Positions 8,602 through 17,890 of a DNA stretch of 64,000 nucleotides are shown one piece after another; positions within the stretch are counted from its first letter, which is position 1, and each line of letters begins with the position of its first letter. Below the pieces are notes generated by a model that was not told where the DNA came from, made no database searches, and saw nothing but the letters and a program-made list of their open reading frames with translations. The position numbers and the translations under genes were made by a program. Source of the stretch: an uncultured Planctomycetaceae bacterium (GTDB taxonomy: Bacteria; Planctomycetota; Planctomycetia; Pirellulales; Thermoguttaceae); contig CAYYNP010000011.1 of NCBI GenBank assembly GCA_964472545.1, positions 1 to 64,000 of the forward strand. The letters run 5' to 3'.

Positions 8602-10114
8602 CGACGAATTCGGCTGTAAACTCGCCGGTCTCGACGACCATCTCCTCGAAGATCCCCGCCGTGACGCGATGGGATATGATCGTATGCAGCACTTTGCGGG
8701 CCGCCCCGAGTTTGCCTCTGAAGGCCTCGGCCGGGGCGTTGGCCAGCGTGTCCAGGTCGGCCGGCGTGGCGCGGCCCGGCCAGAGTTCCAACACACCGGA
8801 AGCCGTGGCCAACTCGGTGACCCAGTAGTTGGCGTCCTCGGTCGTGTCGGCCGTCAGTTCCAGCGACAGCCCGGCGATCTGGCCGGCGAGGCGGACCATC
8901 CAGTGCGGGCTTTGCCGCACCGCTTCGGCGGCCGCCGAGCCCGGCCGCGACTTGGCGGCCAGCGCGCCGACGATCACCACGCCCTGCGGCGGCGCCGCCG
9001 CGGCGAGTTGCTGCAACAACCCGGACTCGCTCACGGTGGTCAATTCACTCTGCCGGCCTCGGGCAAGCAACTGCTCGAACAGCGGGCTTTCGGCCTTTGG
9101 CCGCTTCGTCGTGGGAGTGATCTGACCGTCGCTATCAGCCAGAATCCGTCGATACACTTCACGCTCGTCGCCAGACTCCGGCTCCCAGGCCGACCCGCGC
9201 ATCGCCGGAAACGCCGCGAAGCTGTATTTCAAAGGCAACTCCAGACAGGCACGAAACAGCCGCGGCCAGTCCTCGTGGCTAATCCAGGAGTCGACGGCCA
9301 GCTTGATTTCCGACTCGCTGCACTCCGACAGCGGCCGGCTCTTGGTGCCGAAGAACGCGGCGCAACGGCGATCGCCCGAGCGGACCACGTCCATCACGTG
9401 GGCTCGAATCGTCGCGTCGGCCCGCTCGTACTCGAGTTTCAGATTCTGGAAGGCGTAGTCTTCCTCGAAATACTCGTCCAACTGCCGCGTGACGAAGAGG
9501 AACAGGCAAAGCCGTTCGGGGTCTTCGGGGCGGTGGCCGGCTTGCAGGCAGAGTTCCGCGGCCGGGCCAGCAGGCTCTCGAATGGCCTCGGTGCAGAGCG
9601 CTTCGCGTTGGGGCCCGACGGGAACGTCTCGGAGCGTTGCGTCGGCACCCAAGCGGACGACTTCGTCAGCATCGTCTAGCAGCGAGACGAAAAGCGGAAC
9701 CATGTCGGGCCGGTCGACGACCACCTGCCGGCCGGATTTCAGCGCGGAAAGGGCCTTCACCTTCAACGGGGCGGCGGCCACGTAACGCTGTTCGGCAAGG
9801 ATCGTCCCCAGCCGCTCCTGGCGCCCCTCGGCCCACAAGCCGCACAGCGCGTCGATCGCCGGTTGGGCCTCCAGATTGGCCAGCGCCCGGCGTGCTCCGG
9901 CGGCGATTTCCTCGTATGGCGAGGAGGATGCCTCGGCCAACAACGCCACGGCAGACGCGTCGTTACGGTTCTCGTGCAACGCTTCGAGCGCCGTGCGTCG
10001 CCACCGTGGCCCCAAGAACGGAATCGACGACCGCAGTCTCCGCCGCCACCTATTCAAGAGCCTTCGCGTGATCATCCGCGGTGCACCCGTTGGCTGTCGA
10101 CGATCGCCCTGCAA
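8576..10114 (-). CDS. Hypothetical alpha-helical protein (HEAT/ARM-like repeats plausible), first gene of the operon.
   Basis: 512-aa ORF with helical-repeat-like segments (AVALLAEASSSPYEEIAAGARRALANL..AIDALCGLW). Likely real start at the M at 10075 (MITRRLLNRW). There is 300 nt of non-coding sequence upstream. Confidence 0.5.
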   Translation of the reverse strand: MQGDRRQPTGAPRMITRRLLNRWRRRLRSSIPFLGPRWRRTALEALHENRNDASAVALLAEASSSPYEEIAAGARRALANLEAQPAIDALCGLWAEGRQERLGTILAEQRYVAAAPLKVKALSALKSGRQVVVDRPDMVPLFVSLLDDADEVVRLGADATLRDVPVGPQREALCTEAIREPAGPAAELCLQAGHRPEDPERLCLFLFVTRQLDEYFEEDYAFQNLKLEYERADATIRAHVMDVVRSGDRRCAAFFGTKSRPLSECSESEIKLAVDSWISHEDWPRLFRACLELPLKYSFAAFPAMRGSAWEPESGDEREVYRRILADSDGQITPTTKRPKAESPLFEQLLARGRQSELTTVSESGLLQQLAAAAPPQGVVIVGALAAKSRPGSAAAEAVRQSPHWMVRLAGQIAGLSLELTADTTEDANYWVTELATASGVLELWPGRATPADLDTLANAPAEAFRGKLGAARKVLHTIISHRVTAGIFEEMVVETGEFTAEFVDAEEPQRE

Positions 10115-10414
10115 ACGAGGCGGCCCGTCTCCTTTAGTTTACCCGGGTTCGGCGCCGGTGGCGAGGGGAGGGGCACTTCGTCAACGTCGCCGCGGCCGGA
10201 CCGGCGAACACAGATCGGGCCTCTGCGTACAACTTCAGTAGGGAAATCGCTCGTCTACCTTCGTCGCCGACAGCTCGACCGGGAAACTCCCAAACGCTCG
10301 ACCAGCGAAGACGACCATTGCCAATGTGTCGCCGTATGACAACTTCCGGTGGCCGGAAGCGTCGGAAGAAGTCGTTGCCGATAGCCCCGCGGTACAGCGC
10401 GCTTCTGCGAGGCG

Positions 10415-11107
10415 CTATCTTCTCCGCCGCCAGCCGTGCAACGCCAGCCCCAGCAGGCTGAAGGCAGCGAGGCCGACAATGGAGGGTTCGGGCACGAGGG
10501 TCAAAGAAGTCAACGGACCGCCGATCGTGAAGTAGGCGGCTGGGCCGAGACACGGGGTACACTCCCCTTTGATCGTCAGTTGGTTGCTGTCGAAAAGCAG
10601 CAGGTCCGGCGGCGTGAGCGGCAAGGCCGCGCTGTCGAGCGGGCTTTCGCGAAACGTCGACGCAAACCAACTGATATTCAGGCGGTCGACCGGCGCGCCG
10701 GGACGCAACCCGAGGGCTTCGTTGTTGCGGCTGAGGAAGCCATACTCGTCGGCGCCGGTGATCCCGACCTCATTGTTGACGATGACGTCGAAGTCCGGCG
10801 TGGCGGAGACCGTGCGAAAGATGTAATTGCCCACCTCGATCCGCACGCCGGCAGGTGGCGCGTCGTGGTGGTAGAGCCCGGGTTGCCCCTCGTCTTGCGG
10901 CTCGGCCGTGTTGGGTACGTCCGTGTGGAACGTGTAGTAGCCCGTGAACGTGGTCGTCCCCGGCACGACGGAATTGTCCAGCTCGTTGAGGCCGTCGAAG
11001 ACATCCTCCACGGTTCCCGTGAAGGCGAACGTGACCGATTCTGCGTTTACCCGGCCCACACTGGCCAGGACTACCAGGGCAGTGATACTCAGAATTGATG
11101 GTCTCAT
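10415..11107 (-). CDS. PEP-CTERM sorting-domain protein, secreted.
   Basis: N-terminal signal peptide MRPSILSITALVVLASVGRVNA. C-terminal VPEPSIVGLAAFSLLGLALHGWRRRR (PEP motif, TM helix, Arg cluster). Confidence 0.7.
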   Translation of the reverse strand: MRPSILSITALVVLASVGRVNAESVTFAFTGTVEDVFDGLNELDNSVVPGTTTFTGYYTFHTDVPNTAEPQDEGQPGLYHHDAPPAGVRIEVGNYIFRTVSATPDFDVIVNNEVGITGADEYGFLSRNNEALGLRPGAPVDRLNISWFASTFRESPLDSAALPLTPPDLLLFDSNQLTIKGECTPCLGPAAYFTIGGPLTSLTLVPEPSIVGLAAFSLLGLALHGWRRRR

Positions 11108-11184
11108 TTTGCTTCCCTCCTCGTTTCGTAAGGGGCTATGTTAGTCGGAACTCGACCGACGTGCACCACGGCCAGGTAGACACG

Positions 11185-12342
11185 TCAACGACGGCGGCGT
11201 TTGTGTCGAGCGTAGGCCAACGTCAGCGGCATCGCCATAGCGGCCAGCAGCGCAAAGCTGGAAGGTTCGGGGATCACGGCCTGCCAGGCTTCGGGGTGCC
11301 CCAACGGATTCACTCCGTGTCCGACGATCACCGTGCCGTCGGCCGAGATTCCCGTTGCCGACTGCAAATCCCAGCCGTCCAGTACCAGTCCGTAGTCGTT
11401 GGTCAACACGTCTTCGAGGTCGCGCATGCCGTGGGTCGCATCCCAGAGGAACGCTCCGCCGCCCGAACTGTACCCGACGATCTTGGAGCCATCGCCCGAG
11501 ACGCTCAGGGCTCGGCTCTGGTCTTCGCGTTCCGGGTTCGTGCCCAGCATTCCCAGTCCAACCATGCCCCCTTCAGGCGTCCAACGGAACGCTTCCATGT
11601 CGAAGAATGAACGGGCCCATCCTACGACTACCGAGCCGTCGGCAGTGACGGCCAGCGCCGTGCTGCGACCTAGATTGTCGGGCCGCAAGGTGCCCAAGCC
11701 AATCATCCCCTCGCCGACGGTCCAGTGAAAAGCCTCCACACCTCCATACTGCTCGGTGTGGGAGATGCTCCCTCCCACGATCACCGAGCCGTCGGCGGAG
11801 ACACCGCTGGCCTCGCTCTTGAACTCGTCGCCGGGCAAGTCGCCCAGACCGACCATCCCACTCTCGGCAGTCCAGCGGAACGCCTCCGTACCGTTGGCAG
11901 ACGGAGCGCTCCCTACGACCACGGAGCCGTCGGCAGAGACACCCCGGGCAAAGGTATTAAAGCGGTTGCCGCCGGGCAGGTTACCCAGGCCAATCGTTAC
12001 GTCGGCAGCCGTCCAACGAAACGCCTCGGGGAGCAGGAAGAAGCTGTTTCCCACGATCACCGAGCCGTCGGCCGACACGGCAAGAGCGTAGGTGGTGGTC
12101 TGGCCCACCGGCAGATCGTCCAGGCTCGTCATCCCACCGGCCTCGGTCCAGCGAAACGCCTGGCTGCCCCAATCAGACGTGCTCGATCCCACGACCACTC
12201 GGCCGTCCGCCGACACGGCATCAGCCGCGCTCGAGAATTCGCCGCCCGGCAAGTCCGCCAGGCCCCGGAAACTGGCTGCCCGGACGGGCGTCACGCCGAC
12301 CAGCAGCGCCAGTATCGCTACAGTCAAGATTGACAGTTTCAT
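11185..12342 (-). CDS. HAF-repeat extracellular protein with PEP-CTERM anchor.
   Basis: Signal peptide. At least seven repeats of the form (A/E)AFRWT...GM..LG.LPGG..S.A.GVSADGSV(V/I)VG, which is the HAF-repeat pattern. C-terminal VIPEPSSFALLAAMAMPLTLAYARHKRRRR. The ATG overlaps the upstream gene stop (ATGA). Confidence 0.75.
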   Translation of the reverse strand: MKLSILTVAILALLVGVTPVRAASFRGLADLPGGEFSSAADAVSADGRVVVGSSTSDWGSQAFRWTEAGGMTSLDDLPVGQTTTYALAVSADGSVIVGNSFFLLPEAFRWTAADVTIGLGNLPGGNRFNTFARGVSADGSVVVGSAPSANGTEAFRWTAESGMVGLGDLPGDEFKSEASGVSADGSVIVGGSISHTEQYGGVEAFHWTVGEGMIGLGTLRPDNLGRSTALAVTADGSVVVGWARSFFDMEAFRWTPEGGMVGLGMLGTNPEREDQSRALSVSGDGSKIVGYSSGGGAFLWDATHGMRDLEDVLTNDYGLVLDGWDLQSATGISADGTVIVGHGVNPLGHPEAWQAVIPEPSSFALLAAMAMPLTLAYARHKRRRR

Positions 12343-13394
12343 GCCACTCTCCTTTCACGGATCCAGACAAACGTCAGCAGTATCATCACGGCGGCCATCA
12401 GCAACGCCAGGCCGGACGGCTCGGGGATCACGGCCCGCCAGGCTTCCCACTGGCCGGACGGGTTCAACCCGGAACCGACGATCACCGTGCCGTCGTCCGA
12501 GACGCTGCCCGCGCCGGACAGCTCCCACCCCGTCAAATCGAGCCCGAAATCATTGGTCAGCACCTCCTTCAGATCGCGCATTCCGTGCGTTTGGTGCCAG
12601 ATAAACGCCCGCGTGTCGCCCGCCCCGCTATGCCCCACGATCACCGAGCCGTCGCCGGAGACGTCCCGCGCCCGGCTCTCACTATCGCCGGGCAAGGCGC
12701 CGAGACCGACGACGCCGGTCTCGTCGGTCCAGCGAAAGGCGATTCCGGGATCGGCAGGGCCGGGCGGCCCCGTGTAGGCTAGCCCCACGACGGTCGACCC
12801 ATCGGCGGAAATGGCTTGCGGCTCGACGGTCCAGCCAGGCGCGGTTACGAGGCTGACCCATCCGGTCCGGGCAGTCCAGCGTCCGGGCCATCCGACGATT
12901 GCCGAACCGTCGGCCGAGACGTCGTAGCACGAGTAGCCCATGTCGACCATGCCGGTCTCGGCGGTCCACCGGAAATCACTTCCCACGATCACCGATCCGT
13001 CGGTGGAGGCTCCCAAAGCGCGGCTGTCTTCGAGAGGTTCTGGTCCGTCGTCCAGTACGAGAGTCCCTTCGGCCGCCGTCCAGCGAGCCGCATTCCATTC
13101 GTACATCCCTTCCACTTCACCCACCAGCACGCGCCCGTCGCCGGAGACGGCGTTGACAAAGATCTCCGGCCTCCACTGCATCCCGGTTTCGGCCGTCCAG
13201 CGAAACGAGTGCATCGCGATCGAGTCGGAACGGCTGCTGAGGCCGACGATCACCGAGCCGTCGGCCGAAATGCCGCGAGGATAACTCGAATGTCCGTCGT
13301 CCAAGAAGCCCAGGCCCCGGAAACTGGCGGCCGGTGCCTGCCCCGCACCGAGCAGGTTCACCAACATCGCCATACTCAGAATTGATCGCTTCAT
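12339..13394 (-). CDS. HAF-repeat extracellular protein with PEP-CTERM anchor (tandem paralog).
   Basis: Signal peptide MKRSILSMAMLVNLLGAGQAPAASF. Repeats FRWTAETGM / AFRWTDETGVVGLGALPGD..DVSGDGSVIVG. C-terminal VIPEPSGLALLMAAVMILLTFVWIRERRVA. The start is taken at the ATG at 13394, preceding the signal peptide. Confidence 0.75.
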   Translation of the reverse strand: MKRSILSMAMLVNLLGAGQAPAASFRGLGFLDDGHSSYPRGISADGSVIVGLSSRSDSIAMHSFRWTAETGMQWRPEIFVNAVSGDGRVLVGEVEGMYEWNAARWTAAEGTLVLDDGPEPLEDSRALGASTDGSVIVGSDFRWTAETGMVDMGYSCYDVSADGSAIVGWPGRWTARTGWVSLVTAPGWTVEPQAISADGSTVVGLAYTGPPGPADPGIAFRWTDETGVVGLGALPGDSESRARDVSGDGSVIVGHSGAGDTRAFIWHQTHGMRDLKEVLTNDFGLDLTGWELSGAGSVSDDGTVIVGSGLNPSGQWEAWRAVIPEPSGLALLMAAVMILLTFVWIRERRVA

Positions 13395-13606
13395 ATCGCT
13401 CCTCCTCTCACGGTTCCGATGTGATTGGGAACACACAGCCGGCTCGAAACTAGATCGCACGCGCGTAAACGGTAGACAATCCGGCCGGTCCGGCGGTGCC
13501 TTCGCCGAACCCGCACTGCAAGAACACGGGTATCCGGCGACCGTGCCAAGTTGCCGTTGACGTCCGATTGATGAGTCGACGCTGCGTTTAGAGCCTCACG
13601 ACCGCC

Positions 13607-13647
13607 TCTGCTCTGTTCCGACCCCAATCTACTCTGTTCCGACCCCG
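13607..13647. repeat. Direct repeat, two copies of ctctgttccgacccc(a/g)at.
   Basis: Seen in sequence, 3-nt spacer, upstream of the HAF-repeat gene start at 13394. Confidence 0.6.
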
Positions 13648-13705
13648 ATGTGTCAAAGAAGACTCCGGGGCTCGTATCTCTGACCTCGCGAACTAGTCTC
13701 TTGCT

Positions 13706-13778
13706 GCCGGTCACGATTGCCGGTCACGATTGCCGGTCACGATTGCCGGTCACGATTGCCGGTCACGATTGCCGGTCA
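13706..13778. repeat. Tandem 13-bp repeat, gccggtcacgatt, 5.6 copies.
   Basis: Perfect copies at 13706, 13719, 13732, 13745 and 13758, plus a partial copy. The period of 13 is non-coding. The array abuts the stop codon of the kinase gene and lies ~300 nt upstream of the HAF-repeat gene. Confidence 0.9.
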
Positions 13779-16700
13779 GTCAGGTTGCTCATCCTCTTCT
13801 CTTTGTGTCGTCGCCGTCGCGCCCAACTCCCTAGCGGCCTCGTCTCGGAAGCGGCGGAGTTCTTCATCGTCGGGCCGATGCTCGTTCATCCACCGCACGG
13901 CCTTGTCGTACCAGCGGCGGGCCTCACGATCGTTGTGCTGCTTTGCATGGGCCATCGCCAGAAAGAACCACCCCGGGCCGTTGGAGCCGTAGAAGTCGAC
14001 GGCGTGATAGTCGAAGTCGCCGGCTCGCTCCAACGCCTCTTGGGCTTTGGCGTACTCGCCCACACGGTACCAGGCCGCCCCGAAGATCTTCCAGGCGGCT
14101 CCCGAATCGGGTACTTGTGTGGTCAGTTCCTCGGCCAACTCGACCGCTCGGGGGCCGTCCCGCAACGCAGGATACCGACACGTGGCCAGAAACCATGCCG
14201 CACGAAGCCGAGCTTCTAGAGAGCGGGTGCCGATGTTGCGGGCCCTGTTGGCGTCGGCCAAAGCGGCCTGCATCTCGTTCAGTTCGACCAGGACTTCTGC
14301 CCGGCAGTGATAGGTTTCAACGGAGTTCTCATGCAAACTGATCGCCTTGTCGAAGTCGTTGCGGGCTCGCGCAGCGTCGCCCTCGTATCCCCTGGCGACA
14401 TAGATCCTCCCGCGACTGGAATATGCCCAGGGGTTCTCGGCAGAGGATATCGCTACGTTGAGTTCGTCAAGGGCCAAATCGAACCTGTGCTGCTTGCCGT
14501 AGCCGATTCCCAGGCCCACGCGGCACGAAGACCGATGCGGGGACAAGGCGACTGCTTTCTCGAGGTCCTCGACGGCCCTATCGAGATCGCAGCCCCTGCA
14601 GAAGGCGAGTCCTCGCTGGAAGTAGGCACAGGAGAGTTCCGGATCCCGTCGAATCGCCTCGTCGAAGTCGGCAATGGCCTGCTCGAATCGACCTGCCTTG
14701 ATCTGGCTGACACCTCGGCCGACGTAGCTGAGGACGTACGTCGGATCGAGCCGGATCGCTTCGCTGAACGCGGCTACTGCTCGGTCAAGATCGTCGCTCT
14801 GCTCGTGTACCTTGCCTCGCCAGTAATACGCTAGCGTCCTCTTTGGGTCAACCCGGATTGCCTCGGACAGATCGGCCAACGCTCTGTCCGGCCTTCCCAA
14901 CTTGAAGCAGGCTCGTCCTCGATTCACGTAGTTCGTCGCCAGGTTTCGGATCGCCACGCCGGGGGAGAGACTCGGGGCGTCGGCATCCAGGTGAATTTCT
15001 ATTGCTTGGCTGTAGTCGGCAATGGCCTTGTCGATCTCACCTCTTCGCTCGTGGGCCAGACCGCGCTGGTTGCAGGCGTAGCTGCTTGCCGGGTTCAGTC
15101 TGATCGCTTCGGTGAAGTCGGCGATCGCCCGGTCATAGTCGCGTTTTTCCAGGTAGGCATTCCCCCGGTCCCAGTAGGCCTCCGCGTAGACCGGGGTCAG
15201 TCGCAGGGCTTCGCCGTAGTCGGAAAGAGCCTCTTCGAGTCGACCTTGCCTGACGTAAAGGTCTCCGCGACGGTCACGAGCCGCGGCTAACTTTTTCTGG
15301 TAATGACGGATCTCTGCGTCCAGCCCGTCCAAGCCGTCCTTGGTAGCCATTGGGTCGAGATCATCCCGTTCATCCCTGACGTGGTCCAGCCCACGGCGCG
15401 AGGACGCAGACCCCACGGAGCCGCCCTCGGCGACCCCGGACAGTTCCAAGACGCGGTCGTACGTGCGTGTTGCATCCTCGAACTTCCCCTGGCTTCGCAG
15501 CACGTCGTCCAGGTAGTAGTAACAGCGGGCCAGCAGCAGATTGTACCGATCGGGATCTTCGGCCGCGAGCTTCTCGTAGATGGCAATCGCCGCACGCAAC
15601 GACCGTTCGGCCGCTTCGTGCCTGCCCAACCTTGCACATCCCCAGCCGCGCTGGTATTGCATCGAAGCCAGGCGGGAACGATGCCGGGAACTGCCGCGGA
15701 CTTCATCGGGCAGCCTGGCGTCGAGTTCCGTCGCGTAGTCCACGAGTTGTCCGACTTCCGTCAGGCCGTTTCGGCGAGCCAGACCCTGGATCGCCTCTTC
15801 CATGTGGTCCAGCAGACTATCGACCGTGCGATCCGCCCTCTTGCGCTGTGCCGCCTCCGCCTCGTAGGCGCCGGCGATTAGCAACGTGCTGACGGACATC
15901 GCCACGACCGCCATTACCAATACCGCGATGGCCGACCAAACGGCCGGCCGATGTCGTCGGGACCACTTGGCGACCCTTGCGGCCAGCCGCGGCCGGCGAG
16001 CTCGGATCGGCTTGTCTTCGACAAACCGCCGCAGGTCGTCGGCCAACTCTGCGGCCGTGGCGTAACGGGCCTGTGGCTCTTTGGCGATGGCCTTCAGGAC
16101 GATCGTCTCCAGGTCCTTTGGGACTGCTCCGTTAAGTTGCCGCGGGGATGGAGGATCTTCCTCGATAATCTGCGACATGATTCGCTGCCGGTCGTCGCTC
16201 GCAAACGCAGGTTGCAACGTCAGCATTTCGCAGAGCGTAATGCCCAGCGAGTAAACGTCCGTGCGGTGATCCAACACACCATGTTTCGCCTGCACCTGCT
16301 CGGGGCTCATGTAGCGAAGCGTACCCAGCAGGTCGCCCGTCATGGTGAGATTCGTGTCGGTCTGTGTCATCGCCAGGCCGAAGTCGGCAATCCACAAGTG
16401 TCCTTCCGCGTCGGTCATCAGGTTCGACGGCTTGATGTCTCGATGCACCACGCCCATTTGATGTGCGTGCTCCAGCGCGCCGGCCGCCTGGATGCCCAGA
16501 TTGGCTACACAGCGGAAGAACTCTACCGTGCGGGTCGAAGCCTCCGTGGAAACGCCCTCTTGCGCCTGGCGCCGAGTCTCGGTCAACGCGGATACCAGAC
16601 CATGGGTCGAAGGAGGAGGTTCCGCAATGGGGGCATCCCCGTTGGCCGGCGACGGCCGAGGCGAATCCGAATCGCCCGCCGGGGAGTCCGGATCGTCAAC

Positions 16701-17285
16701 GCGCCGCAGTTCCTCGATCACCTGGGCCAACGTCTGTCCTTCGACGTATTGCATCGCGTAGAAGTGGACGGCCCGCTCGCAGCCTACCGAATAGACGTGA
16801 ACGATGTTCGGATGATCCAGTGCCGCCGCCGCTTGGGCCTCGTTCTTGAACCGCTGAAGCTGCCGCTGGTCCAACACGGCGGCAAACGGCAGCACCTTCA
16901 GCGCTACCCGCCGTTTCAAGGAGATCTGCTCCGCCTCGTAAACGACCCCCATCCCGCCACGGCCGATTTCCCGAACGATTCGGAAATCTCCCAGCATACC
17001 GCCCACGGGGCCGGCCGCGGTCTGCGTCCTCTCTTCCCCGGCCGTATCGGTTGCTTGTGGACGCCTGCGGAGTCCAATCTTGGGCAGGTCGGTCAAAAAC
17101 TCCAGCGCCGGGATGATTTCCTGTAATTGGTCCGCGCAATCCGGGTGGCTGGCCGCAAAGGCCTGCAAGTCGACCTGATCGCCCGCTTGAAGCCGGCCGA
17201 TGAGTTCGTCCACGATCGAGGCGAGCCTCTGGTCGCCGGTTGCCGCTCTGCTAACTGAGACAGACATCGTCGGGCCCTCGATCAC
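13776..17285 (-). CDS. Ser/Thr protein kinase with a C-terminal TPR-repeat domain and a single TM segment.
   Basis: GxGxxG loop IGRGGMGVVYEA, VALKVL, HRDIKPSNLM, DFGLA and SPEQ kinase subdomains. A TM helix (VWSAIAVLVMAVVAMSVSTLLIAGAY) is followed by more than ten TPR-like repeats. GTG at 17285 overlaps the sigma factor stop, or ATG at 17267. Confidence 0.85.
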   Translation of the reverse strand: MIEGPTMSVSVSRAATGDQRLASIVDELIGRLQAGDQVDLQAFAASHPDCADQLQEIIPALEFLTDLPKIGLRRRPQATDTAGEERTQTAAGPVGGMLGDFRIVREIGRGGMGVVYEAEQISLKRRVALKVLPFAAVLDQRQLQRFKNEAQAAAALDHPNIVHVYSVGCERAVHFYAMQYVEGQTLAQVIEELRRVDDPDSPAGDSDSPRPSPANGDAPIAEPPPSTHGLVSALTETRRQAQEGVSTEASTRTVEFFRCVANLGIQAAGALEHAHQMGVVHRDIKPSNLMTDAEGHLWIADFGLAMTQTDTNLTMTGDLLGTLRYMSPEQVQAKHGVLDHRTDVYSLGITLCEMLTLQPAFASDDRQRIMSQIIEEDPPSPRQLNGAVPKDLETIVLKAIAKEPQARYATAAELADDLRRFVEDKPIRARRPRLAARVAKWSRRHRPAVWSAIAVLVMAVVAMSVSTLLIAGAYEAEAAQRKRADRTVDSLLDHMEEAIQGLARRNGLTEVGQLVDYATELDARLPDEVRGSSRHRSRLASMQYQRGWGCARLGRHEAAERSLRAAIAIYEKLAAEDPDRYNLLLARCYYYLDDVLRSQGKFEDATRTYDRVLELSGVAEGGSVGSASSRRGLDHVRDERDDLDPMATKDGLDGLDAEIRHYQKKLAAARDRRGDLYVRQGRLEEALSDYGEALRLTPVYAEAYWDRGNAYLEKRDYDRAIADFTEAIRLNPASSYACNQRGLAHERRGEIDKAIADYSQAIEIHLDADAPSLSPGVAIRNLATNYVNRGRACFKLGRPDRALADLSEAIRVDPKRTLAYYWRGKVHEQSDDLDRAVAAFSEAIRLDPTYVLSYVGRGVSQIKAGRFEQAIADFDEAIRRDPELSCAYFQRGLAFCRGCDLDRAVEDLEKAVALSPHRSSCRVGLGIGYGKQHRFDLALDELNVAISSAENPWAYSSRGRIYVARGYEGDAARARNDFDKAISLHENSVETYHCRAEVLVELNEMQAALADANRARNIGTRSLEARLRAAWFLATCRYPALRDGPRAVELAEELTTQVPDSGAAWKIFGAAWYRVGEYAKAQEALERAGDFDYHAVDFYGSNGPGWFFLAMAHAKQHNDREARRWYDKAVRWMNEHRPDDEELRRFRDEAARELGATATTQREEDEQPD

Positions 17286-17890
17286 TCAGTTTCCAGCAAC
17301 CGGCGCAAGCGCAGTAGGGCGCGGAGTTGGCGCTGCGTGGCCGCGGTTTCGCTAATCCCCATGATCTCAGCACACTCGCCCATGGTGAGCTGCTCCAGAT
17401 GTCGTAGAAGTAGGAGTTCCCGATCCTGCTCGGATAGTTGCCCCAGCACGGCTCGCACGCGCGTACGCAACTCTTCTCTCAGCAGGCTGCCTAGCGGGCC
17501 GGTCTCGCTGGTTAGCAGGTGGTCGACCAGTCGGGCCGCCGATGTCTCGGAAATGCCCAGATGCCGATCTCGATCCACGGCACGCCTGCCGGCCAAGATG
17601 TGACGGCGGTGAAGATCGACAAGACAATTCCACGCGATCTGGCGCAGCCAAGGGTAGAAAGCTATCGGTTGTTTGCCGACGTACTGAGCAAGCCTCCGCG
17701 AAGCCACCATGAGGGTCTCCTGTACCACGTCTGAGGGGTCAACCCGCGCAGCTAACCGCTCGTCCATGCGTACCGCCACCATCTGCCGCAGCCGCCCGCG
17801 ATGGCGATCCAGCAGCTTGCCTGCCGCCGACGCGCTACCTTGGCGCACCCGGTCGATCAGCCTGGCCGTGTCCGGGTCGCTTGGGACCAT
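17282..17890 (-). CDS. ECF-type RNA polymerase sigma factor (sigma-70 regions 2 and 4).
   Basis: 202 aa. Region 2 DVVQETLMVASRRLAQY..FYPWLRQIAWNCLVDLHRR. Region 4 LSEQDRELLLLRHLEQLTMGECAEIMGISETAATQRQLRAL. Confidence 0.85.
   Translation of the reverse strand: MVPSDPDTARLIDRVRQGSASAAGKLLDRHRGRLRQMVAVRMDERLAARVDPSDVVQETLMVASRRLAQYVGKQPIAFYPWLRQIAWNCLVDLHRRHILAGRRAVDRDRHLGISETSAARLVDHLLTSETGPLGSLLREELRTRVRAVLGQLSEQDRELLLLRHLEQLTMGECAEIMGISETAATQRQLRALLRLRRLLETE

Noticed and set aside
13706-13778. 13-bp tandem repeat considered as a CRISPR-like array.
   Set aside because: The units are contiguous with no spacers, 13 bp is too short for CRISPR repeats, and there are no cas genes.
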